Assembly (NCBI GenBank): GCA_035326705.1
Contig: DAOLES010000001.1
Location: forward strand, 116,762-180,761
Length of the DNA: 64,000 nucleotides
Direction of reading: 5' to 3'
DNA from: Oligoflexia bacterium
Lineage (GTDB): Bacteria > Bdellovibrionota_G > JALEGL01
The number at the start of each line of letters is the position of its first letter. The first letter of the stretch is position 1. The notes beneath the pieces are model-generated. The model worked only from the letters and a program-made list of their open reading frames with translations, was not told the origin of the DNA and did not search any database. Position numbers and translations under genes: made by a program. Shown piece after piece: positions 48,082 through 58,719 of this stretch.

Positions 48082-49407
48082 TTATTGCGAGGGTGATTTT
48101 TCAAAGTAAGCGATTAATTCTATATGGTATGTTTGTGGAAACATATCCAATGGATCTACTTGCTTTAATTGATAACCCATATCCGTCAAGTGTTTAGCAT
48201 CTCTAGCAAAGGTTGTAGGGTTACATGAGATATAAGCAATATGTTGGGTATTTAACTGTTCAATTTGTTTGAAAATATCTTTATCTAAACCTTTGCGTGG
48301 AGGATCAAGGGTTATGGCATCAAAACATTCATCATTTTCAAGTATTGTTTCTAGAGCTTTATTGACTTTGTTTGCAACAAAGAAAGAATATTTACTTAAA
48401 CCGGTATTTAAAGCATGCTCTTTAGCACAATCAACAGCGTCTTCATTGACTTCAACCCCTAAACTATAAATTTTGTTTTGAGCTAAGGCAAAACTAAATA
48501 AACCGGCTCCACAATAGAGGTCCAGATTTTTTTTGATTTTATTATTCTTTGCCCAACTAACAATTTTGTTGGCCATGCTTTGGGCAATGTCTGGATTGTT
48601 CTGCCAAAAAATAAAAGGCCAAATATTTATGCTTTTATTGAGGATACTTTCATTGATTTTTTCTGGACCATCTAAATGAATCATATCATTGCTAAAGGGA
48701 GAAAAATGTTTTTCTTTGTTGATTAAGCATAAATAGAGACTTGTTTTTGGATTGACTTTACATTTGGTTTGTACCCATTGCGCAGCTTGTTCTACGGTGT
48801 AGGTGTCACTAAAACTAAAGATAATAGCCTCACCACGATTTGAAGATCGCAAAGTAATATAAAGAAGTTCCGGGCATGCGTTATTGGCTAAAGCCAATTT
48901 AAGAGGGGTAATTAATTGATTAATATTATGCGAAGCGATAGGACATTGATCAATGGCTAAAAAGTTGTTGTTAATATCCATATAGCCTAACTCTTGGCCT
49001 TGATGAACATGTAATGTGACTTTATTTCGATAATGAAAAGGTTTGTCAGTGGTTATAGGTGTAATGTTGATGTCGTTTAAATTAGATATTTTTTCTAGAC
49101 TCTCTTTAACCTGTTTTTCTTTGGTTTCATCCTGAAGATGTTTATCTAAATGTTGATAGTGGCAACCACCACATTGAGAAAAATATGTACAGTTTGGATT
49201 TTTCCTGAGTTTTGAAGGTGTATGAATATTATCAATGATAGCATGGACATGATTTTTTTGAACATCGTCAATGATAACGTTAAGCTTATCACCGGGCGCT
49301 GAAAATGGAACAAAAATATGTGCTCTACCTTCTTGCTTTGAAATACCTTCTCCACCATAAGATAAAGTTTCAATTGAAATGTCTTTGACCTGGTCACCTT
49401 TTTGCAT
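48082..49407 (-). CDS. rlmD: 23S rRNA (uracil-5)-methyltransferase RlmD/RumA family (TRAM + Fe-S + MTase)
   Basis: TRAM domain. Cys cluster CTYFSQCGGCHYQH. SAM-MTase motif LDLYCGAG. Nucleophile region ISCNP. Start at MQKGDQ preferred. Confidence 0.8.
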   Translation of the reverse strand: MQKGDQVKDISIETLSYGGEGISKQEGRAHIFVPFSAPGDKLNVIIDDVQKNHVHAIIDNIHTPSKLRKNPNCTYFSQCGGCHYQHLDKHLQDETKEKQVKESLEKISNLNDINITPITTDKPFHYRNKVTLHVHQGQELGYMDINNNFLAIDQCPIASHNINQLITPLKLALANNACPELLYITLRSSNRGEAIIFSFSDTYTVEQAAQWVQTKCKVNPKTSLYLCLINKEKHFSPFSNDMIHLDGPEKINESILNKSINIWPFIFWQNNPDIAQSMANKIVSWAKNNKIKKNLDLYCGAGLFSFALAQNKIYSLGVEVNEDAVDCAKEHALNTGLSKYSFFVANKVNKALETILENDECFDAITLDPPRKGLDKDIFKQIEQLNTQHIAYISCNPTTFARDAKHLTDMGYQLKQVDPLDMFPQTYHIELIAYFEKSPSQ

Positions 49408-49551
49408 CCGAAAAGTTATATCAGACTTATGACTAAGAGCATAAAATATTACCAAGCGCAAAAAGGAAAAATAGTAGTTTGCCAATAAACCTTGAGTGTA
49501 GACAATTAAAAAAATCTTTTGCAGTTATGCACAGTTTGATATGAAGTAAAC

Positions 49552-50604
49552 ATGAGTTTAATAGCCAGTATTCAAGATATTTTACAAAATGACAGTCACT
49601 TATTAGAGCATGAGTGCAAAACAATAGATAAAAGCCTATTGCATCATCCCAATCCAGACTTTATTAATCAGGTCTGGAGTGTTTCTGATCGTCCAATCAA
49701 TGTTTTGCGAAACTTGCAAAGTATGTATGATCATGGTCGTTTAAGTAATAGTGGTTATATTTCTATATTACCTGTTGATCAGGGCATAGAGCACTCAGCA
49801 GGGGCTTCTTTTGCGCCCAATCCCATTTATTTTGATCCTGAGAATATTGTTAAACTGGCTATTGAGGGGGGCTGCAATGCGGTAGCAACAACCAGTGGCG
49901 TGTTAGGTGCGGTTGCGCGCAAATATGCGCATAAAATTCCATTTATTTTGAAGATCAATCATAATGAACTGTTGTCTTATCCCAATAGATATGAACAAAT
50001 TATGTTTGCAGACATAGAACAAGCTTACACTATGGGCTGCGCAGGTATAGGTGCTACTATTTATTTTGGTTCAGAAGATTCTAATCGGCAGATTGTTGAA
50101 GTCTCTGAGGCTTTTGCTATGGCCCATGAGTTGGGTATGTTTACAGTTTTATGGTGTTACTTGCGTAACAATGAATTTAAAAAAGATAAAGACTATCATG
50201 TGGCAGCAGATTTAACTGCACAAGCCAATCATTTAGGGGTTACTATTCAAGCGGATATCATCAAACAAAAAATGCCAGAAAACAATGGTGGTTACAATGC
50301 TATTAAATTTGGTAAGACATCACCGATAGTATACGATCAACTGAGTTCAGATCATCCCATTGATTTAACCCGTTACCAAGTGGCCAACTGTTATATGGGA
50401 AGAGCAGGTTTAATTAACTCTGGGGGTGCATCTGGTAAAAATGATCTTCATGATGCGGTTAAAACAGCAGTGATCAATAAAAGAGCGGGTGGTATGGGAT
50501 TGATTAGTGGGAGAAAAGCTTTTCAAAAACCTATGGATGAGGGTGTTAAATTGCTCAACGCCATTCAAGATGTGTATCTTTGTAAACAGGTGACGCTAGC
50601 ATAA
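49552..50604 (+). CDS. fbaB: Class I fructose-bisphosphate aldolase (DhnA/FbaB type)
   Basis: 350 aa, near colinear with E. coli FbaB (…[23 protein letters not shown]…[16 protein letters not shown]…[12 protein letters not shown]…). Confidence 0.9.
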   Translation: MSLIASIQDILQNDSHLLEHECKTIDKSLLHHPNPDFINQVWSVSDRPINVLRNLQSMYDHGRLSNSGYISILPVDQGIEHSAGASFAPNPIYFDPENIVKLAIEGGCNAVATTSGVLGAVARKYAHKIPFILKINHNELLSYPNRYEQIMFADIEQAYTMGCAGIGATIYFGSEDSNRQIVEVSEAFAMAHELGMFTVLWCYLRNNEFKKDKDYHVAADLTAQANHLGVTIQADIIKQKMPENNGGYNAIKFGKTSPIVYDQLSSDHPIDLTRYQVANCYMGRAGLINSGGASGKNDLHDAVKTAVINKRAGGMGLISGRKAFQKPMDEGVKLLNAIQDVYLCKQVTLA

Positions 50605-50623
50605 GTTTTTTTAAGGAGAAGGC

Positions 50624-51067
50624 ATGCAACAAAATTTTATTAAAATTACTTTTATGATTTCCATGGTTTTTTTATTAAACTCATGTGATCGTATTACAGG
50701 TTTTTTTCAAAAAAAGGAAAATACGACATCTCAGAGTGAGCTCCAAAAATCAATTGAAGACTCTTTTGAAGTTTTTAAAGGAAAATATATTTATGGTCAT
50801 GAAGTCAGCTCATTTCAGGCATGTAAGGATACTAAAAAATATTGGTTGGCCTACTATTTGGATTATAGTGAGCCTATCACTAAGCTAGAGGAAGAGTACG
50901 TAAAATTAACCAAAGATGCAAAAGAACCTTACCAAGAAGTTTATGTTGAACTTACTGCTTACAGAGGTCCAAGACCAAACGAGGGATTTACAGAAGGTTA
51001 TGATGGTTTGATGTTGATGAAATCATACCAAAAAATAGAGCTGTTGACGGATCAATGCAGTAAATAA
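50624..51067 (+). CDS. Lipoprotein of unknown function
   Basis: Signal peptide plus lipobox LLNSC. Confidence 0.4.
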   Translation: MQQNFIKITFMISMVFLLNSCDRITGFFQKKENTTSQSELQKSIEDSFEVFKGKYIYGHEVSSFQACKDTKKYWLAYYLDYSEPITKLEEEYVKLTKDAKEPYQEVYVELTAYRGPRPNEGFTEGYDGLMLMKSYQKIELLTDQCSK

Positions 51068-51134
51068 TAGCTTGAAAAATTCTATTGACGGCGGCCTTCT
51101 GCTTTATTTAACTGCAAAAAAAACCTTAAAAATT

Positions 51135-52481
51135 TTATTTGCAAAATAAATGGGTAAAAGCGTAAACGCCCCCTTGCATTTGCTGCCAAGCAAACGATTC
51201 ATCTGGTCCATGGTAGCTATCTTCAGGCAAGCTAATGCCTAAAAAGCCAATTGGTTTTTGAATAATATTCTGCATACTAACAATTGCACCAATAGATCCA
51301 CCTTCCCTTATTTTAACAGGGCGTTTACCAAAACCAAACTCAATGGCGTCTTCAATTTTTGGAATTAAAGGAGTTTCTAAATTACAGCTAAAGGGTTGTG
51401 CGGCTCTTTCTTTTTCCAAAGTACAATCAGGAATAATTTGTTTGGCGTAAGCCGCAAATAAATCATACACTTTGTCAGGATCTTGGCCTGGAACCACTCT
51501 AAAACTTATTTTGGCTTCTGCACGTGGGGGAACAACAGTTTTTACGCCTTCACCTTGATAGCCACCAACAATACCATGCACTTCAAAAGTGGGTTTGGCC
51601 CAAACGGCTTCCATGATATCTAAAGGATCATTAGAGCGTAGGCTGGTTAAGCCATGTGCCCGCTTAAAATAGTCAATTGAAAATCCAGATTGAATGTAAC
51701 CAGCTTTTTCCTGTTCAGAGATAGGGGTCCATGTGTCTTCAAAGCCTGGAATGGTGATGTTGCCCTGTTTATCCACACATTTAGCAATAAGCTCAGATAA
51801 TTCAGACAAAGGGTTTCTGGCTGGACCACCAGCCATACCAGAGTGAACATCTTTTGTGCCTACTTCCAATTTAACAATAGCCGCCACATTGCCGCGTAAG
51901 GACATGCTCATGGCAGGTTGAGTATCAGAAGCCCAGATGGTATCAGAAATTACAATGTTATCAGCGGTGACTACTTTTTTATTGAGAAAATCTTCAAAGT
52001 TTGGACTACCAATTTCTTCTTCTAGCTCCCATATAAACTCCACATTGGTTTTTGCACCTAATGTTTTAGCAATGCTTGCAGCCCATAATGCGGTCATGGC
52101 GGGGCCTTTATCATCTGTGGCTCCTCTTGAGTAAAAGCGACCCTTGTCAAAGGTAAAGTCAAAAGGGTCACGTGTCCAACCATCCTTGCCTTTTTCAGCG
52201 GGTTGAACATCTAGGTGGTTGTAGATGGCAATGGTCTCAGCTTGTGGATCATTTTCTATCTTTCCATAAACAACTGGATTGCCTGAAGTAGGAATAATTT
52301 GCGCTTGGCCGCCATGTTTTTCAATCAGTCTAACGGCAATTTCTGCTGTTTCTTTAATATAAGGTTTATGTGATTGTAGGGCAGAGATAGAGGGTGACTC
52401 CACGATTGTTTTATAATCATTGAGTAAGTCGTCTTTGCTACGTTCAATTTGATTGGCAATATCTTGTTTGTTTAAATCCAT
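51135..52481 (-). CDS. M20-family metallopeptidase (dipeptidase / ArgE-DapE-ACY1-CPG2 superfamily)
   Basis: HLDVQP and GATDDKG metal-binding motifs. 448 aa. Confidence 0.85.
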   Translation of the reverse strand: MDLNKQDIANQIERSKDDLLNDYKTIVESPSISALQSHKPYIKETAEIAVRLIEKHGGQAQIIPTSGNPVVYGKIENDPQAETIAIYNHLDVQPAEKGKDGWTRDPFDFTFDKGRFYSRGATDDKGPAMTALWAASIAKTLGAKTNVEFIWELEEEIGSPNFEDFLNKKVVTADNIVISDTIWASDTQPAMSMSLRGNVAAIVKLEVGTKDVHSGMAGGPARNPLSELSELIAKCVDKQGNITIPGFEDTWTPISEQEKAGYIQSGFSIDYFKRAHGLTSLRSNDPLDIMEAVWAKPTFEVHGIVGGYQGEGVKTVVPPRAEAKISFRVVPGQDPDKVYDLFAAYAKQIIPDCTLEKERAAQPFSCNLETPLIPKIEDAIEFGFGKRPVKIREGGSIGAIVSMQNIIQKPIGFLGISLPEDSYHGPDESFAWQQMQGGVYAFTHLFCK

Positions 52482-52532
52482 GGTTCAAGGTATAAATTGT
52501 AAACAGTAAATTTGCAAGATTAAGGAGTAGCT

Positions 52533-53162
52533 GTGAGCAAGATTGATGGTATTGATAGTCTTATTTTTGATTTGGATGGAACGCTTTGGGATAGCACTGC
52601 TGCATGTGCTCAAACCATCAATCGCCAATTGCAAAATAAAAAAATTAATATTACACCCATCAAGCAACAGGATGTGGCCAGTGCCATGGGCTTGCCACAT
52701 AATGAATATATAGAAAAAGTGTTTGCAAAGGCAACTCTTGAAGAGAAGAAAATTTTAGCGCAACAGGTTTTTGATCATACACATATTAGTATGGAAGATA
52801 GTTTACTTTATGATGGGGTAGAGCAAGGGATCAATGCCTTAAGTCAACAGTATCCATTGTATATTGTTAGTAATTGTGAGTCTGGTTATATAGAGAATTT
52901 TTTAAATATATCGGGTTTAAAGAGTTATTTTAAAGATTTTGAGTGTTGGGGAAACACGGGACAAGAAAAATATAAAAATATTGAAGCTGTTATTCAAAGA
53001 AATAATCTGCAAAATCCAATCTATATTGGCGATACACAAGGAGATAAATTTGCGGCCGAAAAAGCGGGTGTTTCATTTATTGCTGCAAATTATGGTTTTG
53101 GACAAGTTGAAGGTTTGTACACATTGAATCATTTTTCAGAACTGTTAGAGCTTATGTTATGA
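52533..53162 (+). CDS. HAD-superfamily hydrolase (phosphoglycolate-phosphatase-like, subfamily IA)
   Basis: Motif I LIFDLDGTLWDS. Motif IV-like GDTQGD. Confidence 0.8.
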   Translation: MSKIDGIDSLIFDLDGTLWDSTAACAQTINRQLQNKKINITPIKQQDVASAMGLPHNEYIEKVFAKATLEEKKILAQQVFDHTHISMEDSLLYDGVEQGINALSQQYPLYIVSNCESGYIENFLNISGLKSYFKDFECWGNTGQEKYKNIEAVIQRNNLQNPIYIGDTQGDKFAAEKAGVSFIAANYGFGQVEGLYTLNHFSELLELML

Positions 53163-53767
53163 ATAGTTTACTCAAACTTATTGTTAAGACAGTCTTTTTT
53201 CTTTGTGTATTCGTTTATGCACAAAACTTTAAAGGGGATGATTTGGCGCGCTATGCATTTGAGCGTACTAAAAAAAATATACAATACAACAGTCAATATT
53301 TTAGTATTGACTATCCGGGGGGTGATATCCCTAAACAGTATGGGGTATGTACAGATGTTTTGATTCGGAGTTTGAGAAAACTAGGTATTGATTTACAAAA
53401 ACTTGTGCATGAAGATATGACAGCAAATTTTTCAAGTTATCCCTCTAAAAAAAATTGGGGCTTGACAAAAGCTGATAAAAACATTGATCATAGGCGAGTT
53501 CCCAATCTACAAACTTTTTTTAAAAGAGAAGGTAAAGCACGCCCTATTACCCAAAACAGTTCAGATTATTTACCTGGGGATATTGTTACATGGAACTTGG
53601 CAAGTGAGAAAAAAAGTATTCCTCATATTGGTATTGTTAGTCAGTTTAAATCCAAAGACGGGGTACCTTTAGTGGTGCATAATATAGGTCAAGGCGTAAA
53701 GTTAGAAAACATACTATTTGCATATTCAATCACAGGCCATTATCGATATTTTCCAAGATTAAATTAA
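53159..53767 (+). CDS. DUF1287 family secreted protein
   Basis: Signal peptide. Conserved …GVCTDVLIRSLR…GDIVTW…HIGIV… pattern of DUF1287. ATGA overlap with the HAD gene. Confidence 0.6.
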   Translation: MNSLLKLIVKTVFFLCVFVYAQNFKGDDLARYAFERTKKNIQYNSQYFSIDYPGGDIPKQYGVCTDVLIRSLRKLGIDLQKLVHEDMTANFSSYPSKKNWGLTKADKNIDHRRVPNLQTFFKREGKARPITQNSSDYLPGDIVTWNLASEKKSIPHIGIVSQFKSKDGVPLVVHNIGQGVKLENILFAYSITGHYRYFPRLN

Positions 53768-53885
53768 AAATTATGTGCAGCAAGAGCAAGTTCAAAAAGT
53801 TGAGTTGTTTATGAAAAATCAACTTTATAAAGGGTTATTATTAGGTAATACTTTTTTACTTAAATCTTGGATATAACTTTTTTTT

Positions 53886-55031
53886 TTATTTTCTATCAAA
53901 AATTTCTTTGGCAATAATAAGTCTTTGAATTTGGCTGGTTCCTTCATAAATTTGGAAAATCTTTGCATCGCGCATGAGTTTTTCAACTGGGTATTCCGTA
54001 TTAAAGCCATAACCACCAAAAACCTGAACGGCATCGGTTGCAACACGCATTGCAGTATCTGCGGCAAAGGCTTTAGCATAGGCAGCTTCTAAAGTGTTGC
54101 GTTGCTTGTTGTCTATTTTACTTGCGGCCAACCAAGTTAACAAACGTGCGGCTTCAATGTCTTTGGCCATATCTGCAATCATGAAGGCTACAGCCTGATG
54201 TTTAGCTATGGGTTTTTTAAAGCTAGTTCTTTGTTTTGCGTACTCAACAGCATATTCCATAGCGGCTCTGGCTAAACCCACCGCACCAGCTGCTACTAAA
54301 GGTCTACTATGGTCAAAAGCCGCCATGGCAATCATGAAGCCTTGGCCTTCTTGCCCAACTCTGTATTTTTCAGGAATTTTTACGTCATTAAAAGTAATGC
54401 CACGCGTATCGGAGCAACGTTGACCCATATTAATTTCTTTTTTACCCACCTCAATGCCAGGTGTGTCGGCAGGAACAATAAATGCACTCATGCCTTTATG
54501 ACCTTGGCTAACATCAGTATAGGCAAGAACAAAGTACCAACTGGCAACTGAACCAGAAGTAATCCACATTTTTTGACCATTGATAACATAATCTGAACCG
54601 GTTTTAACCGCAGTGGTTTGAATACCTTGTACGTCTGAGCCAGCAGCAGGTTCAGTAACACAATATGCTGCAAACATAAACTCTTGGGTTAAGGGTGAGA
54701 GAAACTGTTTTTTTTGTTCTTCAGTTCCACCTACCAAGATAGGCGCACTGGATAGCATATTGGCTTCCATGGCCGTAGTGATTCCCGTGCAACCGGCACC
54801 AGTTTCCTCAGCAATAATACAACCGTCCACCACACTTAGGCCAGGTCCACCCAATGATTCAGGTATTTGGTTATTCATAAGCCCGGTTTCCCAGGCCTTT
54901 TTTAAGATTTCTTTAGGAAATTCTCCTGTTTGATCATGATGTGCCGCTTTAGGAATAACCTCGTTCTGAGTAAATTCACGGGCCAATTGTTTAAGTTGTT
55001 CTTGTTCTTGAGAAAGTTGAAAGTTGATCAT
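53886..55031 (-). CDS. Acyl-CoA dehydrogenase (short/branched-chain type)
   Basis: 381 aa. ACAD signatures (…[11 protein letters not shown]…, QVFGGYGF, catalytic E near C-terminus IYEGTSQIQ). Confidence 0.9.
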   Translation of the reverse strand: MINFQLSQEQEQLKQLAREFTQNEVIPKAAHHDQTGEFPKEILKKAWETGLMNNQIPESLGGPGLSVVDGCIIAEETGAGCTGITTAMEANMLSSAPILVGGTEEQKKQFLSPLTQEFMFAAYCVTEPAAGSDVQGIQTTAVKTGSDYVINGQKMWITSGSVASWYFVLAYTDVSQGHKGMSAFIVPADTPGIEVGKKEINMGQRCSDTRGITFNDVKIPEKYRVGQEGQGFMIAMAAFDHSRPLVAAGAVGLARAAMEYAVEYAKQRTSFKKPIAKHQAVAFMIADMAKDIEAARLLTWLAASKIDNKQRNTLEAAYAKAFAADTAMRVATDAVQVFGGYGFNTEYPVEKLMRDAKIFQIYEGTSQIQRLIIAKEIFDRK

Positions 55032-55176
55032 GGTGAAATGATGACCTTAATTTTTAACAAAAGCAAGTTTTTAACATAAACAAAGATCTACAGATATGCT
55101 TTGAGTTAAATACATATTGTTTATGTAATTAAGAAAACTTTGCTGGATAGTTTTTTTTTGTTATGTTGGCCCAATC

Positions 55177-55899
55177 ATGAAAAAAATAAATACACTATCA
55201 TTCATTATATTATTGGGGGTTAGCCTTGTCTCTTGCGATCAAATTAAGGGTAAGGCTTCAAAAAATGTAAACCTTTCAACTGATAAAGCCAAAAGAAGTT
55301 ATGCAATTGGTTTACAGGTTGGAAGAACACTCAAATCACAAAAAGTTGATTTAGATGTGAACGTTATTGCAGCAGCAATTTCAGATGAACTTTCAGGTAA
55401 AGAAGCTAAGATGACTGAAGCGCAAATCAGAGAAACAATGATGGCCATGCGTGAAGATCAGCGTAAAAAAATTGAAGAAGAAAAAGTCATGAATGCCAAA
55501 GCTGGTGCAGAATACCTTGAAAAAAATAAAACTCAAGAGGGTGTAAAAACCACAGCTTCTGGACTGCAATATAAACATGTTACTGAAGGTAACGGCGCAA
55601 CTCCAAAAGAAACTGATAAAGTTAAAGTTCACTATAAGGGTACTTTAATTGATGGAACAGAGTTTGATAGTTCTTATAAAAGAAATCAACCAGCTGAGTT
55701 TAATGTAAACCGAGTCATTAAAGGTTGGACTGAAGGTTTACAACTCATGAAAGTTGGAGGTAAATCGATCTTTTATATCCCTGCTGAATTAGCATATGGA
55801 GCTGTACCAAGGCCACAGATTCCTGCAAACTCTGTTTTGGTTTTTGAAGTAGAGTTGTTGGATATTGTTGATGAACAAAAAAATCCGAAAACAAAATAA
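55177..55899 (+). CDS. FKBP-type peptidyl-prolyl cis-trans isomerase, Mip/FkpA-like lipoprotein
   Basis: Lipobox LVSC. N-terminal dimerisation helix plus C-terminal FKBP domain (…GLQYKHVTEGNG…YKGTLIDGTEFDSS…IKGWTEGLQLM…LAYG…) colinear with Legionella Mip. Confidence 0.85.
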   Translation: MKKINTLSFIILLGVSLVSCDQIKGKASKNVNLSTDKAKRSYAIGLQVGRTLKSQKVDLDVNVIAAAISDELSGKEAKMTEAQIRETMMAMREDQRKKIEEEKVMNAKAGAEYLEKNKTQEGVKTTASGLQYKHVTEGNGATPKETDKVKVHYKGTLIDGTEFDSSYKRNQPAEFNVNRVIKGWTEGLQLMKVGGKSIFYIPAELAYGAVPRPQIPANSVLVFEVELLDIVDEQKNPKTK

Positions 55900-58174
55900 G
55901 CGATTTCGTTTAAAAAAAAATAATCGAATAAAGAAAAGCAAGGTTCATACTTTTAAGTGGACCTTGCTTTTTATTTTTTTAGTTGGTGTATTAGGTGTTT
56001 TTATTCAGACCTACCTATCTCTTCGTCTGATTGTTAATAAATTTTCAAAACCACTACAATGGGAAATTAGTTCACAAGTCTATTCTGATGAAAGCGTAAT
56101 TTATTCTGGGGAGTATTTTAAAAAAGATTATATTACGGAATATCTTAAGCTTTTATCTTACAAAGAAGTAAAACAGCAAAAAGATATTGCACATGCACGT
56201 TTTTATGAAAATAAGACAACCAATTCTGTCCTTGTGTACTTTCATCAACCGAAGAAGAAAATAGTATTCAAATTCAATGATAAACAATTTTTAGATAGCA
56301 TTGTTGATGTCAGTCAGAGTTTAGAAAAAGAATTAAATCATATTGAGCTGCCTAGAGTATTATTAGGTGAGTTTTATGGTGATAAGAGAGAGAAACGAAC
56401 TATTTTAGAGTTTGGTGAGTTTCCAGAAACCTTAAAGCGATCTATTATAGCAATGGAGGACAGAAGTTTTTATAGTCATCATGGAGTAAGTATTAAAGGT
56501 GTATTGAGAGCTTTGATTACCAATATTACTAAAAAATCATATGCACAGGGTGGAAGTACTCTAACTCAACAGCTTATGAAAAACTTTTTTTTAAGTCATA
56601 AAAAGACTCTTTGGAGAAAATGGAAAGAATTGGTTTTAGCTTTAATCGTTGATAAAATGTACAGTAAAGAAAAAATTTTTCAAATGTACCTTAATGAAAT
56701 TTATTTAGGTCAAGTAGGTACGGTTTCTATTCATGGTTTTGAAGAAGCATCACAGCTTTATTTTCATGATAGTGTAAAAAATTTATCTATATCTCAACAA
56801 GCAATGTTAGTAGGACTAATAAGTTCTCCAGGGAGGTATTCACCATTTAATAATTTTGAACGTTCATTGAGTCGTAGAGATTTAGTTTTAAAAAAAATAT
56901 TTGATGAAAAAATTATAAACCAAAAACAGTACATTAATGCTAGAGATGAAAAAATATACTTAGCTAAAAAGAGAGAAGTTTTTGAGCAGAGTTTATCATT
57001 AAAAAATAGTGTTTTATATGAATTAAATGAACATTTTTCTGAATTAGATTTAAAAGAAAATGGTTATAAAGTATTCACATCAATTGATCCTATTTTTCAA
57101 AAAAGTCTTAGAATTCAAAGTCAAAAAATATATAAAGAGATATTAACCCAACAAAAATTCAATAGTGAAGATTTACAAATGGGTGCAATTAGCATTAATC
57201 CTACTTCAGGCGCAATAAAAGCAGTATTAACAGGGGGAGGAAATCAAAATCAATACAATCATGTATATCAAATGAGAAGGCCTATTGGGTCCTTAATTAA
57301 GCCTTTAATTTTAGCCTATATGGTAGAAAAATATAAAAATGATTCTGAAAAGTATATTTCTAATACTCGTTTACTTAATGATAAAAAGACAACAATCAAA
57401 TATGATGAAAAAGAGTGGCAACCTAAAAACTATGCCAATCAATATTTTGGAAAAGTTAGTTTAAGAACTGTAGTTGAAAAATCTTTGAACTCAGGTTTTT
57501 TAGATTTAATACAGCAGTATTCTTTTGAAGATATTTATGCAATGGCCAAACAATATGGCTTTACTGGATACCAAGAAGTTCCAGCTTTAGCATTAGGTGC
57601 ATTAGAGTCTAACCCATATCAAATGGCCGGACTATATAGTATGTTTGTAAACTCTGGGTCAGCATTAACACCGAGTTTAGTGCAAAAAGTTACAAATGAA
57701 GCGGAATCAATACAGTCAAGACAGTTAAAAAGTAAAAAGTTTATTTCAGAAGAGGTTGCTTACCAAATTTTAAGCTTAATGCAAGGTGTGTTAAAAGACG
57801 GTACAGGTAAGAGTTCAAAAGCATATAATTTAAAATACAGCTATGCTGGAAAAACTGGAACCAGTAATGACAATAGAGATGCTTGGTTTATAGGTTTATC
57901 AAAGGATTTGATTACAGTTGTATGGTTTGGATTAGAAGGAGATCACAAGAGTAGTTTGACTGGGGCAAATTCAGCATTGCAGATATGGCTCAATTATATT
58001 AAAAAAATAGAAACCTATGTAAGAAGTGAGTCGTTTAAGCCGGCAGAAAAAATAAAAATAAAAAAAATAGATAAAGAAAAAGCATGTAGATGGAGTTTAT
58101 TTAAAAGTAAACGTAATAATTTTGAAGAAGTTTTTTTATCAAATTATTCAATCAGGAGATGTAGCAATGAATAA
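55865..58174 (+). CDS. Class A penicillin-binding protein (GT51 transglycosylase + transpeptidase), PBP1A-like
   Basis: N-terminal TM. GT51 motifs (EDRSFYSHHGV, GGSTLTQQL). TP motifs SLIKP (SxxK), SLNS (SxN), KTGT. Confidence 0.85.
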   Translation: MLMNKKIRKQNKRFRLKKNNRIKKSKVHTFKWTLLFIFLVGVLGVFIQTYLSLRLIVNKFSKPLQWEISSQVYSDESVIYSGEYFKKDYITEYLKLLSYKEVKQQKDIAHARFYENKTTNSVLVYFHQPKKKIVFKFNDKQFLDSIVDVSQSLEKELNHIELPRVLLGEFYGDKREKRTILEFGEFPETLKRSIIAMEDRSFYSHHGVSIKGVLRALITNITKKSYAQGGSTLTQQLMKNFFLSHKKTLWRKWKELVLALIVDKMYSKEKIFQMYLNEIYLGQVGTVSIHGFEEASQLYFHDSVKNLSISQQAMLVGLISSPGRYSPFNNFERSLSRRDLVLKKIFDEKIINQKQYINARDEKIYLAKKREVFEQSLSLKNSVLYELNEHFSELDLKENGYKVFTSIDPIFQKSLRIQSQKIYKEILTQQKFNSEDLQMGAISINPTSGAIKAVLTGGGNQNQYNHVYQMRRPIGSLIKPLILAYMVEKYKNDSEKYISNTRLLNDKKTTIKYDEKEWQPKNYANQYFGKVSLRTVVEKSLNSGFLDLIQQYSFEDIYAMAKQYGFTGYQEVPALALGALESNPYQMAGLYSMFVNSGSALTPSLVQKVTNEAESIQSRQLKSKKFISEEVAYQILSLMQGVLKDGTGKSSKAYNLKYSYAGKTGTSNDNRDAWFIGLSKDLITVVWFGLEGDHKSSLTGANSALQIWLNYIKKIETYVRSESFKPAEKIKIKKIDKEKACRWSLFKSKRNNFEEVFLSNYSIRRCSNE

Positions 58175-58676
58175 AATACGCATAATTGTAATATCTGGGC
58201 TATTATTGTTTATAGGCTGCCGTCCAGCAAAACAAGCTTATCAAGCACAAGAACAGGTAGTTTTAGAGCAGATGTATCATAATGAAAGTGAAGCAAAAGC
58301 AAAAATAGCTGTGAAATATTTAATAGAAGCCGAAAAAAGCTTGAAAGTTGATCAATATAAAAAAGCAGAATTGGTTTTATTAAAAGCATTGGAGACTCAA
58401 GAGTATAGAGATTTAGTGAACTATTATTTAGCACAAACGTTTTATTATATGAAAAGATACGATGAAGCATTTTCTACTGTTGATAACATTGATACAGAAT
58501 TTAATCATTACCCAAGATATAGATATTTATTACAACGTTTAAAAGCCGATATCCACTTAGCAATGGGTAAAAATGAAGATGCCTTAAATGCCTACAAGAA
58601 GTGTTTAAATATGCACTCTGATGATGTTTATGTTAAAGAAAAGATAAAATTATTAAGTGTATCAAATAATAATTAA
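58167..58676 (+). CDS. TPR-repeat lipoprotein
   Basis: AGGAG RBS 8 nt upstream of ATG at 58167. Lipobox LLFIGC. TPR-like helices. Overlaps PBP gene stop by 8 nt. Confidence 0.55.
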   Translation: MNKIRIIVISGLLLFIGCRPAKQAYQAQEQVVLEQMYHNESEAKAKIAVKYLIEAEKSLKVDQYKKAELVLLKALETQEYRDLVNYYLAQTFYYMKRYDEAFSTVDNIDTEFNHYPRYRYLLQRLKADIHLAMGKNEDALNAYKKCLNMHSDDVYVKEKIKLLSVSNNN

Positions 58677-58719
58677 AAATTTAAGTACCTGATTTTAATG
58701 GTTATTTTGAGAGGGAGTT

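Noticed and set aside
53796-53826. AAAGTTGA…TCAACTTT 8-bp inverted repeat between DUF1287 and the acyl-CoA dehydrogenase
   Set aside because: Has a 15-nt loop and no U-tract on either strand. Could be a weak terminator but not convincing enough to call.
41628-55632. Other embedded short ORFs (41628-41816, 42224-42472, 44068-44271, 48269-48469, 49146-49397, 49433-49624, 50685-50888, 51647-51850, 51937-52134, 52485-52700, 52939-53127, 53181-53363, 53484-53672, 53825-54079, 54208-54673, 55393-55632)
   Set aside because: Each lies within or opposite a larger, motif-supported gene. None has an independent start context or recognisable fold.
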